Shown: one piece after another, positions 38,177 through 47,375 of the stretch
How positions within the stretch are numbered: position 1 is the first letter of the stretch
How the letters are laid out: every line of letters starts with the position of its first letter
Source of the DNA: an uncultured bacterium
GTDB lineage: Bacteria; Zixibacteria; MSB-5A5; UBA10806
Reading direction: 5' to 3'
Assembly: GCA_965541585.1 (NCBI GenBank)
Contig: CBEUCH010000008.1
Location: forward strand, 98,633 to 162,632
DNA length: 64,000 nt
The notes under the pieces: generated by a model
Database searches by the model: none
Told to the model about the DNA's origin: nothing
What the model saw: only the letters and a program-made list of their open reading frames with translations
Translations under genes and position numbers: made by a program

Positions 38177-39513
38177 GGCTGCTTGTTATCGATGACGAAT
38201 CTCATCAACGGGAGCTGTTGGCCGAACATCTACGCAAGAATGGCCATCAGGTGGCGACTGCGGGCGACGGTCAGGAAGGGCTGGAGAATCTGACGGGTGA
38301 GGGCGCCGAGGCAGCACTTGTGGATATGAGGATGCCTCGCATGGACGGCCTGACATTCATAAAGAAAAGCCTCGAGATATACCCGGATCTGGCCATAGTG
38401 GTAATGACCGCTTACGGGACGGTGGAATCGGCGGTGGAGGCGATGAAAGCCGGAGCTTTCGACTACCTTCTCAAACCGATAGATCTTGAGCACCTGAGTA
38501 TCATTATCTCAAAGATTCAGGAAAACCATAGGTTGATTGCAGAGAATCGGTATTTGCGGCGTAAATTGGAAGAGGTGGATCAACCGGCGGGTATTATAGG
38601 TGAATCACAGGTAATCAAAAAGCTGCTGGCAGAGGTATCGAGGATTGCCCAATCCGATGCCACCGCCTTAATCCGGGGTGAGTCGGGAACCGGCAAGGAA
38701 CTGATCGCCCGGGCGGTTCACTACGCCTCGGCAAGATCAAACGGTCCTTTCCTGGCGATCAACTGTACCTCGTTACCGGAAACCCTCCTCGAATCGGAGC
38801 TCTTCGGACATGAGAGGGGCGCTTTCACCGGCGCCACGTCCCGTCACCTCGGACGGTTCGAGTTGGCCGATAAGGGGACGATCTTCTTAGACGAAATCGG
38901 GGATATATCGCTGGTGATTCAGGCAAAACTCTTGCGCGTGTTGGAGTCGAGAACATTTCAACGGCTCGGCAGCAGCAAGGATATCTCGGCCGATATCAGG
39001 ATTCTCTCGGCCACCAACAGGGATCTGGAGAAGGCGATTGACGAGGGCAAATTCCGCGAGGATCTCTATTACAGGCTCAATGTCATACCGATTTTTATTC
39101 CCCCTCTCCGCGAGAGAAGGGAGGATATACTTCCGCTGACGGAGTACTTCATCAAAAAATATAATGAGAAGAACAATAAACATATTAGCGGCATAACGCC
39201 CCTGGCCAAAGATCTGCTTTTAAGTCATGCCTGGCCGGGTAACGTCCGGGAGCTTGAAAACCTTATCGAACGCGCCATCGTGCTTTCGGTCGGCGACGTC
39301 ATCGATCTGTCCGATGTCGATCCTTTTATCGGACGTCGCGAAGCCGGCGGTGGGCCGGTTGGCGACGATCTTAATCTGGAGAATCTGGAGAAGGCGGCAA
39401 TCAAAGAAGCCTTGAAGAAAACGGGCGGCAGCCTCAAGGATGCGGCCGAGCTTCTGGGGATTCATCGCAATACAATTAGACTGAAGATAGGCAAATATAA
39501 TATCAAGATCTGA
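38173..39513 (+). CDS. NtrC-family sigma54-dependent response regulator
   Basis: REC (IDDE, DMRMP, KP); GESGTGKE, ESELFGHERGAFTGA, WPGNVREL; Fis-type HTH. Confidence 0.96.
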   Translation: MRLLVIDDESHQRELLAEHLRKNGHQVATAGDGQEGLENLTGEGAEAALVDMRMPRMDGLTFIKKSLEIYPDLAIVVMTAYGTVESAVEAMKAGAFDYLLKPIDLEHLSIIISKIQENHRLIAENRYLRRKLEEVDQPAGIIGESQVIKKLLAEVSRIAQSDATALIRGESGTGKELIARAVHYASARSNGPFLAINCTSLPETLLESELFGHERGAFTGATSRHLGRFELADKGTIFLDEIGDISLVIQAKLLRVLESRTFQRLGSSKDISADIRILSATNRDLEKAIDEGKFREDLYYRLNVIPIFIPPLRERREDILPLTEYFIKKYNEKNNKHISGITPLAKDLLLSHAWPGNVRELENLIERAIVLSVGDVIDLSDVDPFIGRREAGGGPVGDDLNLENLEKAAIKEALKKTGGSLKDAAELLGIHRNTIRLKIGKYNIKI

Positions 39514-39638
39514 CGCACAATCCGGTTTCGCCGACGAACAATTATTGTGCATACCCACCAGAAAGTATTAATCTGCGATTTCTATCGCCTTGTAAGACAA
39601 CAGGTTAGGATGCGGCCACCGTTGGCATGATAGTTGTT
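39514..39638 (+). promoter_or_regulatory. sigma54 promoter region: tandem activator-like boxes, IHF-like site, -24/-12 element
   Basis: CGCACAATCCGGTTTCG (39514) and CGAACAATTATTGTGCA (39535), 21 bp apart; AGACAACAGGTTA (39595) IHF-like; TGGCATGATAGTTGT (39623) = GG-N10-GT. Confidence 0.6.
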
Positions 39639-39674
39639 TATTTATGGGGTGCAACTATGAGATCGGAGGAAAAA

Positions 39675-40559
39675 ATGAAGGTAAAGATACGATTGAATGG
39701 ACTTAAGAAAACGCTCGGTTTTTCATTGATAATAATCGCCGTTTTACTGTCGACCGCCTGTGATCAAAGGAGCACGACATATGTGGCCGACAATGATATA
39801 ACAGCGCCGCCGGTTCCCAGCGGTGTGACTACAACTACCGGCGACGGCATAATCTGGGTAGAATGGAATCCGATCAATGGTGTACCCGACTTGGCAGGTT
39901 TCTACGTCTGGAGAAGCACCGATAACCTCGATTTCTTCTGGATCGCCACGGTTGGCGAAGATGTAATAGAATATGAAGATGATGACGTAAGCAACGGAGT
40001 CACTTATTATTACGGCATCAGCTCTTTCGACGAGGACGGCAACGAATCCCGCGTTTCATTTGATTATGAAACTGCCTTCGACACTCCTCGGCCGGAGGGA
40101 TTCGATGAAATAATCTACGATTTCAACGACCCGGATTACGAAGATCTTTCCGGTTTCGATTTCTCCAGGGAAGAACGGGTTCGCTATGACGCGTCCCGGT
40201 GCGATATCAGCCTGGAATACGATGCCAGGCCGGAGATCAGAACCTTTTTTATCTGGTTGGAGTGGAACGGATTGGCCATTCAGGATATGGGATACACCGA
40301 TGGTTTCGATGATATCACTTACGCTCCCGTGAACGGCTGGTCGGAGTTTCTTTATGTCGAAGCCATCGAGGGGCATACCTATGTTATCCTGACAGAAGAT
40401 AATCACTATGCCAAGATTCGTGTAACCGGTTTCGATAGCTTCCCCGCTTACAGAATGATATTCGACTGGGGATATCAAATCGATCCCGGCAACCGTGAGC
40501 TGAAGATCGATCCCAGGCGGAAGATAGCAATTATGGAATCAAGCGAGACATCGCAATGA
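39675..40559 (+). CDS. Lipoprotein with FN3-like domain and C-terminal beta domain
   Basis: GGAGG RBS; lipobox LSTAC; APPVPSGV...VEWN...FYVWRS...NGVTYYY...DGNES; GHTYVILTEDNHYAKIRV. Confidence 0.75.
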   Translation: MKVKIRLNGLKKTLGFSLIIIAVLLSTACDQRSTTYVADNDITAPPVPSGVTTTTGDGIIWVEWNPINGVPDLAGFYVWRSTDNLDFFWIATVGEDVIEYEDDDVSNGVTYYYGISSFDEDGNESRVSFDYETAFDTPRPEGFDEIIYDFNDPDYEDLSGFDFSREERVRYDASRCDISLEYDARPEIRTFFIWLEWNGLAIQDMGYTDGFDDITYAPVNGWSEFLYVEAIEGHTYVILTEDNHYAKIRVTGFDSFPAYRMIFDWGYQIDPGNRELKIDPRRKIAIMESSETSQ

Positions 40560-40897
40560 AACGCGCTCTTATCATAATAATGTTGGCGATCGGTGCTCTC
40601 ATAGCCGCCGGCTGCAGTTTTATCTTCGTCTCACGCAGCCACTCCCACACGCCGGGTTACTGCTACGATTGCCACCCTCGCCCCCGCTGGCATAAGGTTT
40701 ATACGCGGTGCGATCATTACGAGATCAAGGTTGTTCACGATGGCTATCGTTATCGGCCACATAGACGTGCGAAGCACCAGGAATTTACGTTTGCAAAATA
40801 CGATCACTCCCGCGACAAAGAGATAAGGGGAAAAAAGCAAAAGGAATTAAAAGAGGAACGAGAGAAAGTTAAAAAGGGTAAAAAGTCGAGGCGATGA
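40556..40897 (+). CDS. Small basic lipoprotein with CYDCH motif
   Basis: Lipobox IAAGC; His-rich segment with CYDCH; Lys/Arg-rich tail; ATGA overlap with the upstream gene. Confidence 0.7.
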   Translation: MKRALIIIMLAIGALIAAGCSFIFVSRSHSHTPGYCYDCHPRPRWHKVYTRCDHYEIKVVHDGYRYRPHRRAKHQEFTFAKYDHSRDKEIRGKKQKELKEEREKVKKGKKSRR

Positions 40898-40944
40898 TTG
40901 ACTATTTGTCTTTTTTTGATATTTTATGAAAGGCGGTGATTTTG

Positions 40945-42429
40945 ATGAGGTTCTTGAAAATAACGGTAATGTTGGCGCTCGTCGCAGCCTATGCCTCGCC
41001 TGCCGGAGCCGATCGGTACTGGTTGAGCAGCGATGACGGTCCGGATATCGAGGTCTGGACGAATAAGGGTTATGACGCCACCTATTATTATGGCGAGGAT
41101 GTAGCCGTTTACTTCCGCGCCGAACGGGATTGCTACGTGGTCGTCTACGATATCGATCCCTCCGGCTGGGTTAACGTGCTCTTCCCGTCGAATTACTACA
41201 ACAGCTGCTATGTGACCGGTGACCGTGTTTATCGTATTCCGGATTATTACAGCGATTACACGCTCGAGGTTTCCAGCAGATCCGGCACAGAGCATATATT
41301 CGCGGTGGCCAGTTACGACTATTTCGAACCGCCTGATTTCATGATGTATTCGGGATATGACTACGGCGAATCCGAATATTATGTCGATGATTACTTCGTC
41401 AAAGATGTATGGGGAGATCTCGATGGATTCGTCAACTCTGTGAATCAGAGGATCGTAAATGGCCCCTATTCGGCGGCTTATACACGTTTTGACGTTGACT
41501 CCGGGTACCGTCACCATAAGAACTATCGTTACTGGGATTATGATCCCTACAGCGTTGGTTCCGTATGGATCGGGAGCAATTACCCGGGCGCCGAGATCTG
41601 GATCGACGGTATTTACTACGGTATCTCGCCGGTGCTTGTCCCCTGGATCTATTACGGTAATCACTGGCTATGGGCTTATTACGGCGGTTATCCCTGCTAC
41701 CAGCAGTATTTCTACGTGTCATCTTACGAGAGATATTACATCGATGTTCGAATCGATGACCGCTATAAGGATTACCGCTACCGCCGGAGATCCTTCAGCG
41801 GCTGGATTCCCCTGGAGAAGAAATACCGCAACGAGAAAGGATTCAAAGAGCGCGCCGGTAAGGCCCGGGCCAAAAAGGTTCGCTCACGAACTCTGCCGTC
41901 GTACGTTGTCCGGGATTTCGAAAAGAGGGGCATAATCTCAAAAGAGGCTCCCATCGTCAAGAGGATCAGGGATGATTCTCGCGCCAGAGACGCCATCCGC
42001 TTTGCAGACAACAGGGAGCGGAGATCCGAGATCGAGCGGAAAGCCGTCAATAAAAAGCGAAAAAAGGCTGATAGAACGTCGTCTGTGAAACGTCCCGAAA
42101 GTCGCGATTCCAGAATCGATAAATCCAGGATGCTCGTTCCTAAAGATGGCAGGCTGCCGGAAAAGTCCGATAGACGAAAAGGGGATTACAAATCAGTTGA
42201 AAAGAGGAGTAAGGACAAGAAGGCGTCCTATTCCAAGCAGAAACGAGATGAAAATCGCAAGCGCAAAAGTTCTGTAACCAATAAGAAGCCGAAATCCGAA
42301 GGTTCCAAGAGTTCGGGAATCAAAAAGGCAGCCGGATCATCGAAAAAGTCTGCGAAAAAGGCGACCGTTAAAGCTAGAAAACCGCAGAGATCATCCGGCA
42401 AGTCTTCCCCTCGAAAGGAGAGAAGGTAA
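40945..42429 (+). CDS. Exported DUF4384-like plus PEGA-like protein with Tyr-rich core and long basic low-complexity tail
   Basis: Signal peptide; IEVWTNKG...YYYGE...DCYV...DPSG.VNVLFP...GTEHIFAVAS; SNYPGAEIWIDG; about 200-aa K/R/S-rich tail. Confidence 0.75.
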   Translation: MRFLKITVMLALVAAYASPAGADRYWLSSDDGPDIEVWTNKGYDATYYYGEDVAVYFRAERDCYVVVYDIDPSGWVNVLFPSNYYNSCYVTGDRVYRIPDYYSDYTLEVSSRSGTEHIFAVASYDYFEPPDFMMYSGYDYGESEYYVDDYFVKDVWGDLDGFVNSVNQRIVNGPYSAAYTRFDVDSGYRHHKNYRYWDYDPYSVGSVWIGSNYPGAEIWIDGIYYGISPVLVPWIYYGNHWLWAYYGGYPCYQQYFYVSSYERYYIDVRIDDRYKDYRYRRRSFSGWIPLEKKYRNEKGFKERAGKARAKKVRSRTLPSYVVRDFEKRGIISKEAPIVKRIRDDSRARDAIRFADNRERRSEIERKAVNKKRKKADRTSSVKRPESRDSRIDKSRMLVPKDGRLPEKSDRRKGDYKSVEKRSKDKKASYSKQKRDENRKRKSSVTNKKPKSEGSKSSGIKKAAGSSKKSAKKATVKARKPQRSSGKSSPRKERR

Positions 42430-42821
42430 TGCTAAAGAGGTTAATAGCGCTTCTGGTTGCCGTTTCCTTCATAATGTCCTCTCCTGCTCTGGCGGTTGAG
42501 AAAGTTCCCAAGAAGCCAAAAAAGCAAACGGCTTCAAGCGGTCAGGCAAGCGACCAGGAGAAAGCGCCGAAGAAGGAAACGAGTCTTAAACAGGAGCCGA
42601 AACCCACCCCGGATAGGAGCAGTCGGCCTGTGCCCGCCCCGGAGAGGCGGAGGTTCAAAGAAAAAGATCGGTTTATCGATGAGGACAGCGACGGCATCAA
42701 CGACCGCTTGAGGAAGCCGCCGACTGTGAAGAAGAAAAAGAAGGAATCCCGACCCAAGAAGGCGGAAATAAAAAGACGTCCCACACCCAAGAAGGCGGAA
42801 ATAAAAAGACGTCCCCGATAA
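42429..42821 (+). CDS. Exported basic low-complexity protein with a DxDxDG motif
   Basis: Signal peptide ending ALA-V; FIDEDSDGINDR; start coupled to the upstream stop (TAATG). Confidence 0.7.
   Translation: MLKRLIALLVAVSFIMSSPALAVEKVPKKPKKQTASSGQASDQEKAPKKETSLKQEPKPTPDRSSRPVPAPERRRFKEKDRFIDEDSDGINDRLRKPPTVKKKKKESRPKKAEIKRRPTPKKAEIKRRPR
42752..42815 (+). repeat. 31-bp exact direct repeat with 33-bp period (in-frame duplication)
   Basis: ACCCAAGAAGGCGGAAATAAAAAGACGTCCC at 42752 and 42785, encoding PKKAEIKRRP twice. Confidence 0.92.
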
Positions 42822-43031
42822 AACAATCGTTTATCGGCCGATGTTCCTCCTGCCTGGTATAAGGCGGGGCCTTCTTCTCTCATAAAGGGATCTATTCGGC
42901 TCCATCCAGCGGAAAAACACCGGCAGTAATTATATGGCCATTGCTATAATTGCCATCACGGCAGGCGATAATTCCGCGTCTGTCATCTAAAAGGTTGACA
43001 GGGGCAGGGATTGACCGAATATTTGCTCGGT

Positions 43032-43931
43032 ATGGCTGATGAAACCTCACTCGTCGTCAAGGTAAGCTCGCCTTTGGTAAACACCGGCGCCGGTAAATTC
43101 GACGTAGATATTCTATATCAGATGTTCGAAACCGGTTTGAATGCCTTATCGGGCGGCAATGATTATCATGAGTATTTTCGTCTACTCTTTGGAAACGATG
43201 ATGTTATAGGAATTAAGGTCAATACGCTCGGCGGCCCGGGGATGTCGACGAGGGTAGAGGCCGTGGAAATTCTCTCCGGTCTCATGAGCGATTCGGGCAT
43301 CCCGAAAAAAAAACACCTGATCTGGGATAGACACGATAGGGAATTGACAGCGGTGGGATTCACGCTGAAAACCCGGAACGGCCCTATGTGTTTCGGAACC
43401 GATCATACCGGCGTTGGGTTTTCAAAGCGACTGGTCTCAAAAGGCAAAGTAGGAGGATTGCTGAGCAGGATTCTGACCGATTATTGCAGCGGTTTCGTCA
43501 ATTTTCCGGTGTTGAAGGATCACAGTTTAGCAGGTATAACCTGCTCTTTAAAGAACCATTATGGTAGTATCCATAATCCGAATAAATACCATGACAACGG
43601 CTGCGATCCCTATATTGCCGATTTGAATAGCCTGGAACAGATTAGGAACCAACAGCGTTTGATAATTGTGGACTGTTTGAGAGTACAATTTCACGGCGGC
43701 CCGGCGTATCATAGCAGTTGGGCGGCCGATTACGGAGCTCTTTTAATGGGGACCGATCCGGTGGCAATCGATGCCGTAGGGAATGGCATCGTCGAGGACC
43801 TCCGCAGGAACGCTGGAATGCAACCGTTGAAAGGCTCCCGAAGAGAGCCGATATATATACAGAGATCAGCACAGTACGGCCTGGGAAATAGCGATCCGGA
43901 AAAAATTGAATTGAGGGAGCTTATTGTCTGA
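43032..43931 (+). CDS. DUF362-domain protein
   Basis: IGIKVN, NFPVLKDH..AGITCSLKNHYG, DPVAID. Start placed at ATG 43032 (the ORF track uses TTG 43011). Confidence 0.82.
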   Translation: MADETSLVVKVSSPLVNTGAGKFDVDILYQMFETGLNALSGGNDYHEYFRLLFGNDDVIGIKVNTLGGPGMSTRVEAVEILSGLMSDSGIPKKKHLIWDRHDRELTAVGFTLKTRNGPMCFGTDHTGVGFSKRLVSKGKVGGLLSRILTDYCSGFVNFPVLKDHSLAGITCSLKNHYGSIHNPNKYHDNGCDPYIADLNSLEQIRNQQRLIIVDCLRVQFHGGPAYHSSWAADYGALLMGTDPVAIDAVGNGIVEDLRRNAGMQPLKGSRREPIYIQRSAQYGLGNSDPEKIELRELIV

Positions 43932-43960
43932 CGATGGGAATCTCGCTGGAGAAAACCGAC

Positions 43961-45643
43961 ATGAAGACCATTAGAATACTGATTCTTCTCTTACTGAGCA
44001 TGATTATGGCATGTGGAGGCGCGGGCAGGAAGCAGCCTTTGGCCACAGATCAAAAACAAACAGATCCGTTTTCTGCTTACAGGGCCTACGATCACTTCGT
44101 CCGTGGAGATCTTTACGAGCAGGCAGGTAAATTTGAGGCGGCGATCGATGAATACCGTAAGGCGCTGATATACGATCCGGGTTCGGTTGAGATCAGGAGG
44201 TCGCTCTCGGAAATATATATGAGGCAGAGAAAATTCACGGAAGCGGCTGTTCTGCGCTCGGAGATTGAAGAAAAGAATGCCAAGGATTACAATTTCATCG
44301 GCGATTGCTTAAGATACAGTAACGACCTGGAGGGAGCTGCGGACTTTTATCGACGCTCGCTCGAGATAGACTCCACCCAGTATACGACCCGAATATACTT
44401 AGCCGGAATGCTTTATCATCTTGAAGATTATCGTAGGGCGGAGAGGAATTTCAAAATCGCGGTCGAATTTGCATCCAGCAAGGTTGAGGGATATCTGGAA
44501 CTGGCCTCCTTCTATTTGAGGATTTCAGAAAACGACAAGGCGCTGGAAGCATATTATGCGGCACTGGAGGAGGACCCCGCCGATTTCCGTCCGGCGTTGG
44601 GAGCATCAGGAATACATCTGTCCAGAGGAGATACGACCACTGCCGATAGCATCTGTTTATCTCTATTGGAGGGACACCGCGACGATGTCCAGTCGTTGAA
44701 TTCACTGATATCTACTTTTTATGCCCTTGACAGGCTGGAACTGGTGGAGAAGGCTGCAAAAAGAACGGCGGAGCTGTTGCCGAACGACCCCGATATGCAA
44801 AGAAGGTATGCCTTTACGCTTTTCGGAAACGGTAATTTCGCCGCTGCAGAGTCGCTGATGATAACTCTCGATGAAAAGGACATGGCCAACGGCCTGATTT
44901 ACTATTATCTCGGACGTCTCCTGCAACGCCGTGAGGATTTTTCTTCCGCCGAGGATTATTTCAAAAAATCGCTGGCCCTCGAAGATACTATCACCTATTC
45001 GTGGATTAATCTTGCGGTTGTTACTGACGCCCAGGACAGGTATGAAGAAGCGCTTGAAATAATGCATGGTGCCTATGAAAAGATCCCCTATGATTCCTTT
45101 GAGGTGTTGTATTATACTGCGATAATTCATTCCAGAAACGAGCATTATGATCTTGCCAGGGATGGTTATCTGAGGCTCTTAGAATCCCGGCCGGATGATA
45201 TCGATATCCGATTTAATCTCGCCGCCTCATATGAGCGCCTCGGCAATTTCGATGGTGCCGAAAAAGAATTTCAGTGGATCATCGAAAGAGCTCCCGAACA
45301 TGCCCTGGCGCTGAATTATCTCGGCTATATGTACGCCGACAATGGCATCAAGCTGAAAAAGGCTCTCCAGATGATAAAGGATGCTGTTTCGATCGATCCC
45401 GAAAACGGAGCTTTCCTCGACAGCTACGCCTGGGTGCTGTTTAAACTGGGACGTTACGACGAGGCTCTGGTGCAGATGAAAGAGGCAATCAAGCATGATG
45501 AGAGCGACGCCATTCTCTACGACCATCAGGGAGATATCTATGCTGCACTGACCAGCCATGAGCTGGCCAGGGAAAGCTGGGAAAAGGCTCTTAAGATCGA
45601 GCCGGATAATGAGGAAATCAAAGCCAAATTGAATCCCAGGTGA
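43961..45643 (+). CDS. TPR-repeat lipoprotein
   Basis: GGAG RBS; lipobox IMAC; many TPRs ending ALNYLGYMYAD...FLDSYAWVLFKLG...DHQGDIY. Confidence 0.88.
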   Translation: MKTIRILILLLLSMIMACGGAGRKQPLATDQKQTDPFSAYRAYDHFVRGDLYEQAGKFEAAIDEYRKALIYDPGSVEIRRSLSEIYMRQRKFTEAAVLRSEIEEKNAKDYNFIGDCLRYSNDLEGAADFYRRSLEIDSTQYTTRIYLAGMLYHLEDYRRAERNFKIAVEFASSKVEGYLELASFYLRISENDKALEAYYAALEEDPADFRPALGASGIHLSRGDTTTADSICLSLLEGHRDDVQSLNSLISTFYALDRLELVEKAAKRTAELLPNDPDMQRRYAFTLFGNGNFAAAESLMITLDEKDMANGLIYYYLGRLLQRREDFSSAEDYFKKSLALEDTITYSWINLAVVTDAQDRYEEALEIMHGAYEKIPYDSFEVLYYTAIIHSRNEHYDLARDGYLRLLESRPDDIDIRFNLAASYERLGNFDGAEKEFQWIIERAPEHALALNYLGYMYADNGIKLKKALQMIKDAVSIDPENGAFLDSYAWVLFKLGRYDEALVQMKEAIKHDESDAILYDHQGDIYAALTSHELARESWEKALKIEPDNEEIKAKLNPR

Positions 45644-47334
45644 TACGATCAATTCCATATCTGTTCCTGTCCTGTCTATTTATGTCTGCTATATCATGTG
45701 CCGTTAAGGAGAGTCCAGCGGGAGGCCCCGAAGATAAGACGCCACCTGCCATAATCCAGGTGGAACCCGAGCCGGGCAGCACCATGATCCCGGCTGACAC
45801 CAGATTTACCATTACCTTTTCAAAGCCGATGGATCGCAGGAGAACCGAAAGCGCTGTCTTTCTCTCGCCGGTTTTCTGGGATTATCCTGAAATGAAATGG
45901 TCCGGCAAGAAACTCACGGTGATTCCACCTGAAGAATTAGAACCGAATAAAACCTACGTCCTGACAGTCGGTGCGGGAGGAATCGGATACCATCAGAATA
46001 AAATCGGCATATCTTACAGCTTTGCCTTTTCCACAGGGGCGGAAATCGACAGCGGGACAATTGAGGGAGCAGTATTCTCATCCGAGGGGAAGCGCAAGAA
46101 TTATGATATCTGGGTGTATGGTATCGACGAGGCCGCAAATGTGGAATTCATGACCGGAATACCGGAATATGCCACGCAGGTCGATTCGCTGGGAGGTTTC
46201 TCTCTGAGCAACATCGGTCCGGGACAATATATTGTCGTTGCCACGGACGATAGAAACGACGATCTGTTCTGGGAGCCGGGTTCGGAATCAATCGGCCTGC
46301 CGCCATTCATAGTATCCCTGGAGGGAAGCGAGACGGTACGCGGAATAATACTCAGACCGGAGAGACGGGATACGTTGCAGGCGTATTTCTCCCGGATCAA
46401 GGCCGTAGATAATCGACGGTTGACAGTTGAGTTCTCCCAGCCCGTACTGGATAGCCTCATGCTCGATCTCGAATCATACGTTATAAGATCATCCGATGAT
46501 ACGGGTGATACAACTTACCTCAGGATTCTCGGCGGCTATACAGGCGAGGAAAAACGATTTGTTCTGGAAACCGAACCTCAAATACCGGGGCATAGCTACA
46601 GATTGATTCCTGTTGATCTATTTACCGTCTGGTGTGTCCCCTTCGATACCGCCGGGGCGATATTCGAGGGGGGGCAACCAGGCGATACTATCGGCCCCAA
46701 ACTCATATCGACTTTACCACGTGGCGGATCAAGAAATACATATCAGGATAGCGTGGTGGAGCTAACCTTCTCCGAGAGGATAAGGGTCGTGGATTTCCCG
46801 GCAGCGGTTGCCGTGGTAGCAGATTCCATCGACACCTTGCAATTCACTCCCGATTGGGTCTTTCCCAACATGGTTCGCTTGAGGTTTAAGGATCGTATTC
46901 CAAGGCAACGGGAGATTGAAATAACTCTGGATCCGGCTGGTGTTTTCGATATGGCCGATAATCCGATGCCAGATTCGGCCAAAGCCTTTTCGTTCAGGCT
47001 TCCGCCGACCGATACCATCGGATATGTCACCACTTCCGTCGACCCGCCCGGAACTTTGCCGGTAATTGGAATATTAAGGCCGCAGAACAGAGGCGGTAAT
47101 ACCTATGAATCCTCTTCGGATAAGCAGGGAAATATCTCTTTTGATAATGTGCTTCCCGGTTCCTACTGGTTTGAATATTTCGAGGATTCCGATGGTGACG
47201 GTAGATGGTCGCCGGGCATTATCGAACCATTCAAGCCGGCGGAGCCGTTTTCGTTTTTGGCAGATTCGATTAGCGTTCGCTCCCGGTGGACCACAGATAT
47301 AGGCCTGATCGAATTGCCGGGCGAAAGCCGGTGA
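45640..47334 (+). CDS. Ig-like (Big_5-type) domain lipoprotein
   Basis: Lipobox AISC followed by A..SPAGGPEDKTPP; ITFSKPMD, FAFSTG, LTFSE; C-terminal EDSDGDGRWSPG...PAEP. Confidence 0.8.
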   Translation: MIRSIPYLFLSCLFMSAISCAVKESPAGGPEDKTPPAIIQVEPEPGSTMIPADTRFTITFSKPMDRRRTESAVFLSPVFWDYPEMKWSGKKLTVIPPEELEPNKTYVLTVGAGGIGYHQNKIGISYSFAFSTGAEIDSGTIEGAVFSSEGKRKNYDIWVYGIDEAANVEFMTGIPEYATQVDSLGGFSLSNIGPGQYIVVATDDRNDDLFWEPGSESIGLPPFIVSLEGSETVRGIILRPERRDTLQAYFSRIKAVDNRRLTVEFSQPVLDSLMLDLESYVIRSSDDTGDTTYLRILGGYTGEEKRFVLETEPQIPGHSYRLIPVDLFTVWCVPFDTAGAIFEGGQPGDTIGPKLISTLPRGGSRNTYQDSVVELTFSERIRVVDFPAAVAVVADSIDTLQFTPDWVFPNMVRLRFKDRIPRQREIEITLDPAGVFDMADNPMPDSAKAFSFRLPPTDTIGYVTTSVDPPGTLPVIGILRPQNRGGNTYESSSDKQGNISFDNVLPGSYWFEYFEDSDGDGRWSPGIIEPFKPAEPFSFLADSISVRSRWTTDIGLIELPGESR

Positions 47335-47340
47335 AAAAGA

Positions 47341-47368
47341 TTGACATGCAATCATCATATGCTATCAT
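47341..47368 (+). promoter_or_regulatory. sigma70-type promoter (extended -10)
   Basis: TTGACA-16 nt-TATCAT with TG at the extended -10 position; ATG 7 nt downstream. Confidence 0.65.
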
Positions 47369-47375
47369 ATAAGAT

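Noticed and set aside
42752..42815. CRISPR-like repeat pair
   Set aside because: Only two copies separated by 2 bp, in frame within a CDS, with no spacers or cas genes.
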